NCBI RefSeq assembly: GCF_006345805.1
Contig: NC_043008.1
Span: forward strand, 36,270,001 to 36,334,000
Direction: 5' to 3'
DNA length: 64,000 nt
DNA from: Octopus sinensis
Lineage: Eukaryota
The translations under genes were made by a program, and so were the position numbers. Below are positions 24,111-38,400 of this stretch, piece after piece; the first letter of the stretch is position 1, and every line of letters begins with the position of its first letter. The notes below the pieces were generated by a model. The model worked only from the letters and a program-made list of their open reading frames with translations, did not search any database and was not told the DNA's origin.

Positions 24111-24342
24111 AAGGCGGCGAGCTGGTAGAACCGTTAGTGCGCCGGGCGAAATGCATAGCTGTATTTTGTCTGCCGTTACGTTCTGAGTTCAAATTCCGCC
24201 GAGGACGACTTTGCCTTTCATCCTTTCGGGGTCGATTAAATAAGTACCAGTTACGTACCGGGGTCAATGTAATCGACTTAATCCGTTTGTCTGTCCTTGT
24301 TTGTCCTCTCTGTGTTTAGCCCCTTGTGGGTAGTAAAGAAAT
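24111..24342 (+). mobile_element. tRNA-derived SINE family B, full length with TSD
   Basis: Head aaggcggcgagctgg, box B gagttcaaattcc; 16-bp TSD aggtatgtagccaatt at 24095-24110 and 24343-24358. Confidence 0.9.
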
Positions 24343-24881
24343 AGGTATGTAGCCAATTCTGCCTCTCCTGATGCTTAAAGTAATTCAAGAATAAAATTAT
24401 TTAGTCTTATATCTGGCAAAAGACACTTCCCTAAAATGCCATGCATTAGGATTGAACATGAGATCTTGTGATTGTGGTGTAAACATTTTAACCATTTACA
24501 CCTTCATGAAAAATGCACATGCATACCCTCGCACACATGTACACCAAATCCTGCATACATATACACTCACTGACATATATACTTTCACTTGTACATTCCA
24601 CCTATACACACAATCACACACCATGCCACCACTATGATTCATATATATTCTTTTTTGCACACTCAAAGCTAAACAACAACAACAGCAGCAACAACAACAA
24701 CAAAAGCAAGAATATATGAACCTTTCTCTTATTTTTTCCTTTTGCAATTTTAATTTTGAATATATAAGCAATAATGATAAAACCTGGTGCAATAATTTCA
24801 TTTTTATTTCAATGCATATGTGTACATATGTATGCATGTATGTATGTATGTATGTATGTATGTATGATGTATGTCTGTATG

Positions 24882-24915
<34 letters not shown>

Positions 24916-24925
24916 TGTATGCATG

Positions 24926-24958
<33 letters not shown>

Positions 24959-26390
24959 TTATGTATGTATTTATGCATGTATGTATATATGTATATGTGA
25001 ATGAATTATAGTGTTTGTAACTGTGCCTGTGTATGTAGAAGTGTGTTTATCTGTATGAGCATGTATGTGTATGTGTGAGATTGAGCCAAGTTGTGTGTGT
25101 GTGTGTGTGTGTGTGTATTTTGACTTTTTAATGTGCTATGAAAATGTTGAGGTTCAACATTATCATACTGAGTCTTCAAATGATTTTTTTTTCTCCTCAT
25201 TTTGTTTTTCCTTCTTGAGTATTCCCTTTACTGAGTACTCAGATAACTAATTAATTTTGTCTTCATTGCTGAGTAATTAATTGCCAACTCTTTCATCTCC
25301 ACCCCACGTCCCATTAATTTTTCATTGTTTTAATTGCCATGTTTCCTTTGTCAAAGAACACATTTGAATAACAAACGTTGAAGCAATATCTTTTAATTAT
25401 CGTTTAATCCTTGCCAAAGAGTCTTATATATTAATTAAAAAACAATTATATTTAATATCTTAAACAATTCTAAATGTGTTCTAATGTTGATTATTGTGTT
25501 AATTAATTTTATGTAAACAATTTTTTTGATATTTGTTTTTCACTAATTATTTTTTATATGAGTGATTATTTTAATTCCTAGGTGAGCCCTGACTGAACAG
25601 ACAGATCTATGATCAAAAGACAGTCTAGCCATGACCACCCCATGTTGTTTTCATGAACAGTGTATCCAGGATTCTATTATTCAATGTTTTGTATTTTATT
25701 TAACTTTTTTTAGAAGTTGGGTGTGATTTTAGGGAAATTTGGCTGCTGTTTTTAGCTGGCTGAGTACCTGCTTCAAGACTCTTCCCCTGGCTCATGTGAT
25801 ATGAACTGAGTAGCATGCTGAGTGTTGACTCATGTTCAACCCTTCAGCATCCCTATTAGTAATCATGTTTGATTGATACATTCAAATTGTGAAGAGTATT
25901 GTGACTTACTCTTTTATTTATTACAGACTGGTCATTAGACTGTGGTCATGCTGGGGCACTTTTTTGAAGGGGTTTTGGTCAATCATACTGAGCCCAGCAG
26001 AGAGAGAGAGGAGGAGGGAGGGAGGGAGAGAGAGAGAGTCTCTACTGGGCTTTTCAACCTGTTAGAAATAGCAACCAAATCTACCTCAAATTATACTCTG
26101 CTGTTTTGACGGGCAGACACAATGTGTAATGTAGTCCTGGATATAAAGAAAATGAGAGTGTCATGGTTGGAATGCCTTCGGTCATCCGAGAGGTCTGCTT
26201 TATAAGGTCTGACCTGGGGCTGAACAACTAAACTTACCTCCATTTCTTTTATGCTTCATGTGAAATGTGTAATGTTTGTTACTGTGAAGATTCAAAGAAA
26301 CAAATTACGTAGGTGGGTGTATCAAGCAACCAGACCAAGAAGATCTGGTAAAATATGTCTATATAATATATATATATATAATATAATATA

Positions 26391-26434
<44 letters not shown>

Positions 26435-26461
26435 ATATATATGTGTGTGTGTATATATATG

Positions 26462-26492
<31 letters not shown>

Positions 26493-26561
26493 GTATATAT
26501 ATGTATATATATGTGTATATATGTATATATATGTATATAGATTTATATATATATGTGTATA

Positions 26562-26856
26562 CTATTGTGTCTGGGGAGAGTCATTTCCTTTTTGTGCCTT
26601 ATAATGTAACACACTCACCGATAAAATTTCCACTTTTTTCTTATTTTTATTTTCCTAAAATTTTTATTGCATCTTGCAACGTTTTCAATACCTTTTCAAT
26701 AGTCTTGACTCTCAGAGAGTCAAGACTATTGAAAAGGTTACAAGATGCAATGAAAATTTTAGGAAAACAAAAATAAGGAAAAAAATGGAAATTTTACCAG
26801 TGAGTGTGTTACATTATAAGGCACAAAAAGAAAATGACTCTCCCCAGACACAACAG
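26562..26856. repeat. 295-bp near-perfect palindrome between (TA)n arrays
   Basis: Centre ...atagtcttgactctc A gagagtcaagactat... at 26714. The arms match out to gtgtctggggagagtc / gactctccccagacac; the left arm has a 10-nt duplication. Confidence 0.92.
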
Positions 26857-26992
26857 AATATGCTTCAACTCACAAACTCATATAAAGAATCTTGCAAACC
26901 AAATCCCAAAACTAAATATATGCGTATATATATATATATGTATATATAAATGTATATATATGTATATATGTATATATGTATATATGTATATG

Positions 26993-27042
<50 letters not shown>

Positions 27043-27660
27043 TATATTATATATATATATATATTATATATATATATATAATATATATATATATATAATA
27101 TATATATATAATATATATATTATATATATATTTATTATATATTTATATGCATGTGTTGTGTATTGTATGTATGCATTTACATATACATACATACATGTGT
27201 GTGTGTGAATGTATGTACATAGTGGATCACACATGTACCATAGTGATGTAAAAGACTACTATCAACTGAGCTTATTCAGCAGTTACCACACAAAACTCCC
27301 GATTTAGAGTGTTTTAAAGTAGGTAAAATATATATATATCTAAAAAAAAAATAACAGAACAAGAAACGCAACTCTAGAAAGATTAGCTGACTGCAAATTT
27401 TGGAATATGGACAATGCTACTCTCAGACATCAACTGGTGAAAGAAATGGTATTGTTTTAGCTGTATTTGGCCTCTTTGAATGCCATATCTCTAACACCCA
27501 TGCACCCACTTACAACATCAGAAAACAACACAACCCCCATAACATCTTTTGCACATTCAGAATTGCTTAAGCATGGAATAAACTATACACATCAGTTGTT
27601 AGCTCTCAGGACACGCTACATCCTTCGAAACTGAAATTTGCTAGTATTACACCTGATGCC

Positions 27661-28046
27661 CTACTCTTACTCTCTCTCTTACTCTTTTACTTGTTTCAGT
27701 CATGTGACTGTGGCCATGCTGGAGCACCGCCTTTAGTCGAGCAAATCGACCCCAGGACTTATTCTTTGTAAGCCTAGTACTTATTCTATCATTCCCTTTT
27801 GCCGAACCGCTAAATTACGTGGACATAAACAAACCAGCATTGGTTGTCAAGCGATGTTGAGGAGGACAAACAAAGACACACAAACACACACATACATATA
27901 TATGACGAGCTTCTTTCGGTTTCCGTCTACCAAATCCACTCACAAGGCTTTGGTCGGCCTGAGGCTATAGTAGAAGACACTTGCCCAAGGTGCCATGCAG
28001 TGGGACTGAACTTGAAACCATGTGGTTCGTAAGCAAGCTACTTACA
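27661..28046 (-). mobile_element. SINE family A
   Basis: Reverse-complement copy. Confidence 0.8.
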
Positions 28047-28328
28047 AGGGAGGTAACTCTAATAATATCAGTTGATTGCAGTATAGGTGTACAAATATGT
28101 ACTATGTAGGCATATACATAAATCTTTTATATGTATATGTATGTTTTATACATGTAAATATGTGTTATGTATATATGTATATATAATATTTACCTACGTA
28201 CAGGTGTGTATATAATATTTACATACATATATATATATAAATTTTATATGTATATATGTATGATATATAATATATATATATATATGTATATATAATATTT
28301 ACCTACGTACAGGTGTGTATATAATATT

Positions 28329-28370
<42 letters not shown>

Positions 28371-28510
28371 ATATAATATATATATATATATGTATGTATT
28401 TATGTATTTGTATGCATATATGTATTTATGCTTATATGTATATATGCATATGTATATGTATGCATGTATGTATACATGTATGTATGTATGTATGTATTTT
28501 TATATATATA

Positions 28511-28547
<37 letters not shown>

Positions 28548-29202
28548 TTATGTGTGTGTGTGTGTGTGTTTACCATGGTATTTTTGTGTGCTGACAGAAA
28601 AACCCAGAGCCTACTCATTACTAGTATAGAGTGAATATGTGTATTAAAACAATGTAAATGCTCTTGTTAAGAATCCACTGCTGACAGTTTCGCTATTGAT
28701 ATTCTTCAGATGAGATATGCATGATTCTATTCTTGTGACCATATTTAAAAAAAAATACTGAAATCTTAAGCCATGCACAGAAACATGAACCTCTGAACTT
28801 TTCTACACTATAATATTCCCTAATATTGCTAATTATATTTTTATAAACCACATAGAAGGGAACTTTAGAAAAATCTGAAGTTACCATCCGTGGAAGTTAT
28901 TTTTCATGTGTTCTTGATTTAAAATTCCTCTATTTTTAAAATGGTAACATAACTAGAACCATGTGTAACCTGTTTAAAGACTCTGAATGATGAAACTGTC
29001 AGTAATGGACTATTGACGGTCATGTTCATTCTGTATCGATTGTAATACATATGTGTATAAATGTCTGTATACATGCATAGATATGCTGGTGTGCATGTAT
29101 ACATATATATGTTTGTGTGTGTACACACACATCCATATATGTATCTATATATGTATGTTGTACATATACATGATTCTCTGTTTCTATGTACTTAACCAAT
29201 AT

Positions 29203-29234
<32 letters not shown>

Positions 29235-29237
29235 ATT

Positions 29238-29278
<41 letters not shown>

Positions 29279-29427
29279 ATATATAAATGTATATATGCAT
29301 CTCTTCTAGCGCTCCTATCTTTTGCTCTCTTTCACTCTCTCTCTCTCTCTCTGTCTGTATGTATATATATATGTATATATATGTATGTGTATATATGTGT
29401 ATATACAAATATGTATGTATTATGTAC

Positions 29428-29466
<39 letters not shown>

Positions 29467-30403
29467 ACACACATATATATATATATATGTGTGTGCAATA
29501 TATGAAAACAATAATTTTACCTCTACAGATGCTATCTGTTTGGTCTTTCAAAGAAAATATATGGTTGTAAAATATAATTGAAATAAAAATTCAGCTCTCT
29601 CTCTATATGTATATATATATATATGTACATAATGTTTTCCTTGTTTTTTTATTTCTTTAATACTTTGTACAAAATGACACTTTGTTGCCACACTCACATA
29701 TGCTTTTCAAATCATCTTCTGTCCAAAATTTTCATGTATATGTGTTGTTAAGAAAATCATTCTCACATTAATATAATAATCAACAGTTGATCAATTGTCA
29801 GTGTTTCTCTTATAATTCTCTCTTCTGGCATCTAGACATTCTCTGTTTTAGTCTTCCTATAGGACTGCATCCCTTTTGTTCTCCGCACTGTCTGACTTTC
29901 TGTTTACCTGATTGACTTGTTGACTCACTCACTCACTCACTCAATCCCTCACTCATGTCTTCACCAAGTCATTCCTCTCTCCCATCCTCCCTTGCTCATC
30001 TCTTTTCCCTCTCTGTCACTCACTCAATCATGTACTCACACTCACTCACTCATACACTTACCCTCCCTCCCTCTCTCCTTCATGGTTGTTTTACCTCATT
30101 GTGAACACCCTGTCTTATTGCACCTGGCCATTTCCTATTTTATTGACATCAAAAGGACGAAAGGCAAAGATGACTTTGGTAGAATTTGAACACAGAATGT
30201 AGAGATGGATGAAATGCAGCTAAGCATTCCATCTGGCATGTTAATGGTTATGCCGGCTCACTGTCTTGATAAAGCTATGAATAATAGCATGCACAATACT
30301 GGATGAAATAAAACTCTTTGGATAGAAAAAGTGAAAGGCTTCTTGTGGGATTTGACCCAGTATCTGCAGATTTGTAACTTTATCTACTATGAGTTCCACC
30401 GTT

Positions 30404-30635
30404 CTTATTTCTTTATTACCCACAAGGGGCTAAACATAGAGGAGACAAACAAGGACAGACAAAGGGATTAAGTTGACTACATCGACCCCAGTCCGTAACT
30501 GGTACTTAATTTATCGACCCCGAAAGGATGAAAGGCAAAGTCGACCTCGGCAGAATTTGAACTCAGAACATAATGGCAGACGAAATATCGCTAAGCATTT
30601 AGCCCAGTGTGCCAACGTTTCTGCCAGCTCGCTGC
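30404..30635 (-). mobile_element. SINE family B
   Basis: Reverse complement of 24111-24342. Confidence 0.8.
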
Positions 30636-30959
30636 CTATGAGTTCCGCCATTCTAAAAGCAAATTGTTTTTTCTCATGTTTGTCAATTATTTATCATTGT
30701 ACAAGTAAAAATAAGTAAAGGCTACCTTTGGTTATGAATGACCATGGGATTGCATTTTGAAAGTCTCCCTCAGGCACAAGTCTGGACAATGTTGTTTATG
30801 GAAGACCAGCAGTCACCCATGCATACCAACATCCCCTCTCCACTTCATCGATGTTATCCAATGGAAAGGCAAAAGCTGATACAGCTTGGCTTCACAACTC
30901 GTTTCTACACCTGAGTGAACAGGAGGCATTTTACATTCTCTCTTTCTCTTTTCTCTTTT

Positions 30960-31311
30960 CTCTTTTACTTGTTTCAGTCATTTGACTACGGCCATGCTGG
31001 AGCACCGCCTTTAGTCAAGCAAATCGACCCCGGGGCTTATTCTTTGTAAGCCCAGTACTTATTCTATCGGTCTCTTTTTTGCCGAACCGCTAAGTGACGG
31101 AGATGTAAACACCCCAGCATCGGTTGTCAAGCAATGCTAGGGGCCCAAACACAGACACACAAACACACACACATACATATATATATATACATATATACGA
31201 TAGGCTTCTTTCAGTTTCCATCTGGTCGGCCCAGGGCTATAGCAGAAGACACTTGCCCAAGATGCCATGCAGTGGGACTGAACCTGGAACCATGTGGTTG
31301 GTTAGCAAGCT
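30960..31311 (-). mobile_element. SINE family A with internal deletion
   Basis: Reverse-complement copy lacking the accaaatccactcacaaggcttt block. Confidence 0.8.
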
Positions 31312-31426
31312 CCTTAGATATTAGTTAATAAATATGGACAAACGTTATGGTGCATGTTCAGATCCACTACAATAATCATTGTAAGACCAGCACTATTCTC
31401 TCTGCACTGCTCACATGTATGGCATA

Positions 31427-32133
31427 ATGTTGCAGTAACACACAGACACGCACACACTTCTTCATGTTATTGATGTGCAAGTAGCTTTTGCAATGTCAAT
31501 GCATCTAACTGATTAAACCAATAGATCATCTCTAAATAACATTGAGTGTGATATCAGAATATATCATGTACAAATGATATCTGAAAAGAGTAATACGTCT
31601 ACAGACAGTTATCAACAATTGACTATATCTCTGTTTAATCAATATCCTCAAGTTGGTTCTGTTAACGTGACATCCACAAGCTGTTTGTGTCTTGTTAACT
31701 TGTAATTAGCGTCTATCTAGTCATCCTTTATAGACTTCCAAAACTCTATCATAAGCACGGTAGATGATGTGACAGTCTCATAGGAAATAACAATCTATAA
31801 AGGTTGCTATTATCTAAACAACAATTAACAGCTTTTTCTCGTTAGCTTATTTGTCAAAATCTATAGACTGAGCTTGTTTATTCACTCAGCGTCTGCACTA
31901 TTTGTCTGACTGTCTACTCCTGTATACATAGAGAGACTATGTGTAACTTGTCAGCAGTTACTAACTCTGCATTTCTATACACTAACAATCTATAGTCTGT
32001 ATCTTTGTGTCTACAAAATCATATTCTCATCAACTGAATGCTTCTAAATATCAATCAATAAAGAGCTTTGTTTCATTCACTTATGCTCATCTGTTCTATG
32101 ACTTTCCAAGGTCTAGAGTATTCTTTGCAACCA
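31427..32133 (+). mobile_element. Possible solo LTR (unclassified)
   Basis: Begins TGTTGCA, ends TGCAAC(C), with AATAAA near the right end and non-coding content. No TSD or second copy seen. Confidence 0.25.
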
Positions 32134-33975
32134 CATAGTTTCAAGTTCAGCTCCACTGCATGGCACCTTGGGTCAGTGTCTTCTACTGTAGCCTTGGGCC
32201 AACCAAAGCCTTGTTAGCGGATTTGGTAGATGGAAACTATGTGGAAGCATGCTGTGTGTATTTACATGTGTTTGTGCATGTATTTGTGTGTGCCTTTGTG
32301 CCTCAGTATGTCCATAATCCAATGAAAGTGAAAGTGAAACAAGTGAAAGAGATTATACATATATATATGTACTCACATAAATACATACATACACATGGTC
32401 AGAGTTGATCATATGGCTGTACCTTTCTACACAGGCCAGGCATGGGCAACATATTTTTTGCAGAGGTGTAGCAATTTGTGCCTGCACACACATACATCCC
32501 TTGTCTCAATATGATACTGATATTGTCCAAAGAAAAGTCTGCTACTTCACAGCCAAAAGAGACTGGCTCCAGTCTCGTGAAAATACAAAGATCTTGAACA
32601 AATGTCATGAAACATCTTGTATCGTGTCATATCTTCTGACAGTTCCACCAAACTACTGCCCTAGATTGGTACCTTTTTTTTATCAACCCTCAAAGAATGA
32701 GATGTAGAGTTAACTTCGGCAATATTTGAACTCAGAACAGTGAGTGTTGGAGCGACTACCATGAAATATTTTATCCAACACTGAAATGACTCTTCTAACA
32801 TTTTCATATTGTCTATAAATCCAGGTATTATTTTCCCCCTTTCAATTTTCATTAATGAAAATTGTTTAAAGCTGCCCACCCTTTTTGTAATAATACTGCA
32901 ATAATCTCTCACAGGCATTTGCAACCATTTTCAAGAAGCAGGCTGAATGAGACATGGCTTACCATCAAGTGGGATGCACTATTAAAATAATTCAAAGAAA
33001 TTTTCCATTGGCATGCTATTCAGAATGTCCCTCAGGCTGCAGTTTGCTTATGACTAAAACATTTAAAACATGTTCTTTCAGGTTTTTTTTAATACTTTGA
33101 GTTGTTTTTAGAGAGATAGGGTTGTGTACTTTTTTTTCCAAGAAATCCTTTTATTGCAATTCATAGACAGGGAAGCAAAAAAAAAAAAAAACCTTTTTTA
33201 TCAAGTGGCAAGTCATTTGATCATGTGAGCCATTGAGATAATGTTGAAGAAGTCTGTTTTTGTGTTGTGTAGCTTGGAACCTATCAGCTTGATGGAGTTC
33301 TTTCCTGAAGTTAGAAGAGTGCATCTTCATGGTTATCCAACCCACAAAAAAGAGCAACTGAAATCCCTCTTCCTAAATTATGCCCTAATGTCTTAAGAAA
33401 GAATGGACATATTAGATAATGTAGTCCTAGACATACTATGTCTGAAAAAAGTGAGGTAAGTCAGAGTTGATCTGTTGGCTAACAACTACTACAATTCACA
33501 GAAATAGTTTTATGTTGTATAATAAACAAAATAAAACATTCTATTTTAGAGTGAAGTGACTTCACAATAGACACAAAACAGTATTGGTGACAGGTACAAA
33601 CTAATGACCTCTCACATGATCTCCATTGCACTATTCTTCTTCTTCTTCTTCTTCTTCTTCTTCGTAAAAAGGTGGTGTGCTGGCAGAATTGTTAGAGCGA
33701 TAGGTAAGATGCCTTGCAATATTTCTTCAGACTCATTACATTACAAGTTCAAATTCTTCCAAGGTCAACTTTGCCTTTCATTGTTTTAGGGTTGATAAAA
33801 TATGTACCAGTTGAATACTAGGGTTGATTTAATCGACTAACCTCTACCCTCTAAATTGTTGATTTTGAGCCAAAATTTGAAATCAGCATTTACATAAGTA
33901 GTAGCTATTTAGAGTCCAGCTGTATTGGTCTGATGGATTAAGCTATTTCATTTTTTATATGAGATTTTTCCGATA

Positions 33976-34364
33976 GGTGTAGGAGTGGCTGTGTAGTAAG
34001 TAGTTTGCTTACAAACCACATGGTTCCGGGTTCAGTCTCACTGTGTGGCACCTTGGGCAAGTGTCTTCTACTATAGCCTCGGGCCGACCAAACCTTGTGA
34101 GTGGATTTGGTAGATGGAAACTGTGAGAAGCCCGTCATATATATGCATGTGTGTGTATATGCTTGTGTGTCAGTGTTTGTCCCCCTAACATTGCTTGATA
34201 ACCGATGCTGGTTACATCCCTGTAACTTAACAGTTCCGCAAAAGAGACTGATAGAATAAGTACTAGGCCTACAAAGAATAAGTCCTGGGGTTGATTTGCT
34301 CGATTAAAGGCGGTGCTCCAGCATGGCCACAGTCAAATGACTAAAACAAATAAAGAGTAAAGAG
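33976..34364 (+). mobile_element. SINE family A
   Basis: Colinear with 2177-2593. Confidence 0.8.
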
Positions 34365-34469
34365 AGGAGCAATTTCAAATTTCCCCTGAGGACAAGATAT
34401 TCCTCATTCTTAATGTAAAGGTTTCGAATCTAAGAAACATTCCATTATCATTTTTAATTGTTCCACAAT

Positions 34470-35000
34470 TAATCAACTGTTTTCCCTTTAAATAATGGGG
34501 TTGCAATGAACTGAAAAGATGATAGATGGAGCTAAGTCAGAAGAGCAAGGGGGATGAGACAGAACATCCATATTTAGTGCCCTAATCTTTTCCTGAGTGA
34601 CTTGAACAATATGTGGTCTTGCATTATCGGTTGAAGCTTCACCCCTTCTTTCCCAATTTTTGTGCCTCCAACTGGCAACCATTTTTACCAAACACAGTAT
34701 TTATCTTTTTTCAGGTGCAGCCCTGGTTTGGAGATGGATTTTCCTTTTCCATTGGCTGCTGACTATTGTCATTTTTATAGGATGTAATGATTCTCCATAG
34801 AAAAAGTTTGGTAGTAAGTCTACTCTTCAGTGACAAGTAGAGGAGAGCAATTCTTTGATTAAACTGAGAAGCAGTCAGATGATGAGGGAACCACTGACCA
34901 AGTTTAGACACTTTTACTTTTTTCATAAAGGTGTTTTATGATTGAAAATGTATCTTGAATTGAACTGTTTTGGTAATTCTTGTGCAATTTACTTTGGATT
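34470..35000 (-). mobile_element. Mariner transposase fragment
   Basis: Encodes KLGQWFPHHLT (WVPHEL variant), DNARPH and HPPCSSDLAPS. Confidence 0.75.
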
Positions 35001-36057
35001 TTCCTCAACTTTGAAGTATTGAATAAGTTCCCTCAAAGAAATCACATAAAAAAAATGCAACATGCCTTTTTTCCAAACCTAGGAGTTATATAACAAGAGT
35101 CTTGTTATAAGATAAAAAAAAAATGAAATCACTATTTAATGTTGCTCAGAAAGGATTTCATTAAACCATTTCTAGTCAATAAAGTTATCTGAAATCAGTG
35201 CAACTTGAAACATGCATCCCCAGTGTTCAAATAGTACTTAATTTATCGACCCCAAAAGATTGAAAGGCAAAGTCAACCTTGGCAGGATTGGAACTCAGAA
35301 TTTAGCAACAGATGAGATACTGCTAAGAATTTCATCCGGCATGCTTACGATTCTACCAGCTCATTGCCTTTAATTTCAAATTTTGCCAGAAAGGCAACAA
35401 TTTATTGTGGGACAGGATAAGTTGATTTCATTGACCCCAGAATTTCACTGGTACTTAATTTATTGACCCCCCAAAAGGATGAAAGGCAAAGTTGATCTCA
35501 GTGGAATTTGAACTCAGAATGTAGCGACAGGCAAAATAACGCTAGAATTTTGTCCAGCATGCTAATGACTCTGCCTTAATAATAATGATAATAATAGTAA
35601 TAATAATAACAACAACAACTATAATAATCTTATTGCAGTGTTAGTCTAATTTTAATTTCAACATTTGTATACACTTCGCTTGTGTAATGTAATTTTTGAA
35701 AGTCGTTGACATTAACTACTTGTAAGTTTTGTATAAATAGACTGTCAGCGAAGCATTGTAAATGACATTTTCTCAATAATTAAATCGAAAAAGAAAATGC
35801 CTGCATGAAGTGATGACTGTTAATCACTTCTTCTTTGCCATATCATGAATTGACAAAGAGGAACTGGAACCGATAATTTCTATTGGCTAAATTTCCACAA
35901 TTTCAAGTGATAAAAGACTTCGACGAAAAATTACATTGCCGGTGAGAAAAGCAATCCTAAATCAGGTGATAATTCTTTAAATTACAGCCTCAGATGGCAG
36001 AAAATCTAATCTTCTGCCACACATTGGTTGCTAATTTGCTAATTAAACAAAATCACT

Positions 36058-36081
36058 TCATACACACATACATACATACAT

Positions 36082-36121
<40 letters not shown>

Positions 36122-36186
36122 AAATATTATATATATATATATATATATAATACATATATAATACACATATACAAGCATATATATGT

Positions 36187-36225
<39 letters not shown>

Positions 36226-36248
36226 TACATACATATATATATTATAAT

Positions 36249-36284
<36 letters not shown>

Positions 36285-36401
36285 ACATACATAATATATA
36301 TATATTATATATATATATATATACATATACATACATATATATATATATACATAAATATATATATATACATATATATACTATATATATATAATATACCATA
36401 C

Positions 36402-36450
<49 letters not shown>

Positions 36451-36486
36451 TAATATATATATATATAATATATATATTATATATAC

Positions 36487-36525
<39 letters not shown>

Positions 36526-36623
36526 TATTATAATATATATATATACATACATATATATATAATTATATATATAATAATATATATATATATATATAATATA
36601 CATATATATAATATAATATAATA

Positions 36624-36657
<34 letters not shown>

Positions 36658-36658
36658 A

Positions 36659-36692
<34 letters not shown>

Positions 36693-36725
36693 CAAGTACA
36701 TATATAATATATATATATATGTATC
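36058..36725. repeat. Degenerate (TA)n microsatellite, about 660 bp
   Basis: Directly visible; similar arrays at 7530-7795, 26350-26560, 26915-27150, 28130-28545 and 29190-29490. Confidence 0.95.
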
Positions 36726-37439
36726 ATGTAACACACTATAGATTCTATTAGAGCACCTACGAATATCATTAGTAGCTATTGTTTTTTTTGTATCATTTTT
36801 TTTTATTGCCTTAGTTTATTTAATTGTCTGAATTAGGAACAGGAATAATAAGTCTTCGTACAGGACTCCAAGAGATATATGCATCAGCACAGACTCAAGC
36901 ATTATTCCTATCAGCATTGGTAGGAATGCCTTTTCTAGGATTCTTAATATTGTTTTGGACACTTTATGTTATAGCTAAGAAGAGAGGAAGTGAGATGTTC
37001 ATGCTTTTCCTATTTGCTTAATTTTGCTTAATTTTAAATACTGAAAGATTTCAGCAAAAACATGATTCAACAATAGGAGAAGCAATATGGAACCAGATGA
37101 TATTTAACCAAATGCCAATCATGTGTAGCTGCAAATATTTTTGATAAACATAATTTTTTGCACCTGATGGAATAAATGACAATATATTCAATGAGAACAA
37201 CTTTGGATAGAATTTATTTGCCCTCTTAGAATGATATGGATTATTATCAAGGTTTAGAAAAGATAAAGCCCTCATTTCTATACAACATGTTTTAATATTA
37301 GTCAACCAAACATTGACATTTTAAAACACAAGAACTTGTTCTGTAAGCATTCATATCACAACAACAAAAAGTGTATGATCATTAGGATATTTCTGAGATC
37401 AATTTAAGAAATACAAGATCTTTTGATTTATCTTTTCTA

Positions 37440-37487
<48 letters not shown>

Positions 37488-38084
37488 AGAGAGAGAGAAA
37501 CATAGCCAAAGACCGTCATGAAAAAAAGGGAATTAACATTAACTAGAGGCTGTAATTATTTCTGGTTGGTAAATTTAACCGATAATTATTAAAAGTTAAA
37601 TAGCATTTACAGTTATATAAACGTTAAGAGAACGTTTATGAGTTTTATAAATCTAGTATAGACCAACAGATGGTGCAAGTGCATACAAAAGTGCCTGGTC
37701 ATAATAGAGTTTGATTAATAAGGAGTCTATGCTTGTACAAATTTACTGACAGATAAAGCAAATAGGCCAGACATCGTGGTTAGGGAAAAAAATGCTCAGT
37801 TATGGGCATTTCAATATCAATATGTGAAATGATTTTGAAAATATTCGAAAAAAGGATGTTGTTAATTTGAATAATAACAATAATGCTTTCAAATTGTAGA
37901 AATAGGTCAGCAATTTTTAGTGGAGTGGGTAAGTCAAATACATCGATCCCACCCCACCAAAAAAGTCGACCTCAGTGGCATTTGAATTTAGGGATGTAAA
38001 ACCGGTACAAACGCTGTTAAGCATTTTGTCTGGTGTACTAACGATTCTGTCAGCACGATGCCTTAACAACAACAACAACAACAA

Positions 38085-38400
38085 TAATAATGATTTCTTT
38101 ATTGACCACAAGGGCCGAACACAAAACAAACAGAGATAATTCAAAACAAGGGACGAAAGTGGGGGTGTTGAACAATGATAAGTATACAATGAATAACAAT
38201 AACAATTAAGAAAATTCTAACAACAAAAATCCCCCAATAGGGTGGGGTGGGAAGTTCCACTCAGGGCCAACCAAGGCACCCCACACATCCTGGCCACCCT
38301 GGCCATCAAGAGAACTTCAGGCAAGCACCCTCTTCCCCCTAACCATTCCGGCCAATAGGCAAATGTTCAGAGTAGGCCCATCCTCAAGGCCAGCAATTTT
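38085..38400 (-). mobile_element. Possible L1/Tx1-like LINE 3' end
   Basis: GC-richer segment with degraded coding appearance ending in an (AAC)n/(AAT)n tail; no diagnostic motif. Confidence 0.3.

Noticed and set aside
28678-28715. CUGAAGA...GAAACUGUC on the minus strand as a hammerhead
   Set aside because: Stem II and stem I do not pair.
32405-32707. Plus-strand 100-aa ORF with a good acceptor, and the Sec-readthrough idea for the minus-strand TGA
   Set aside because: No recognisable family, no phase-consistent partner exons and no SECIS seen; left under the unresolved-exon finding.
33431-33461. Strong plus-strand donor gag|gtaagt
   Set aside because: It lies in a dispersed repeat also seen near 12820 and 26120.
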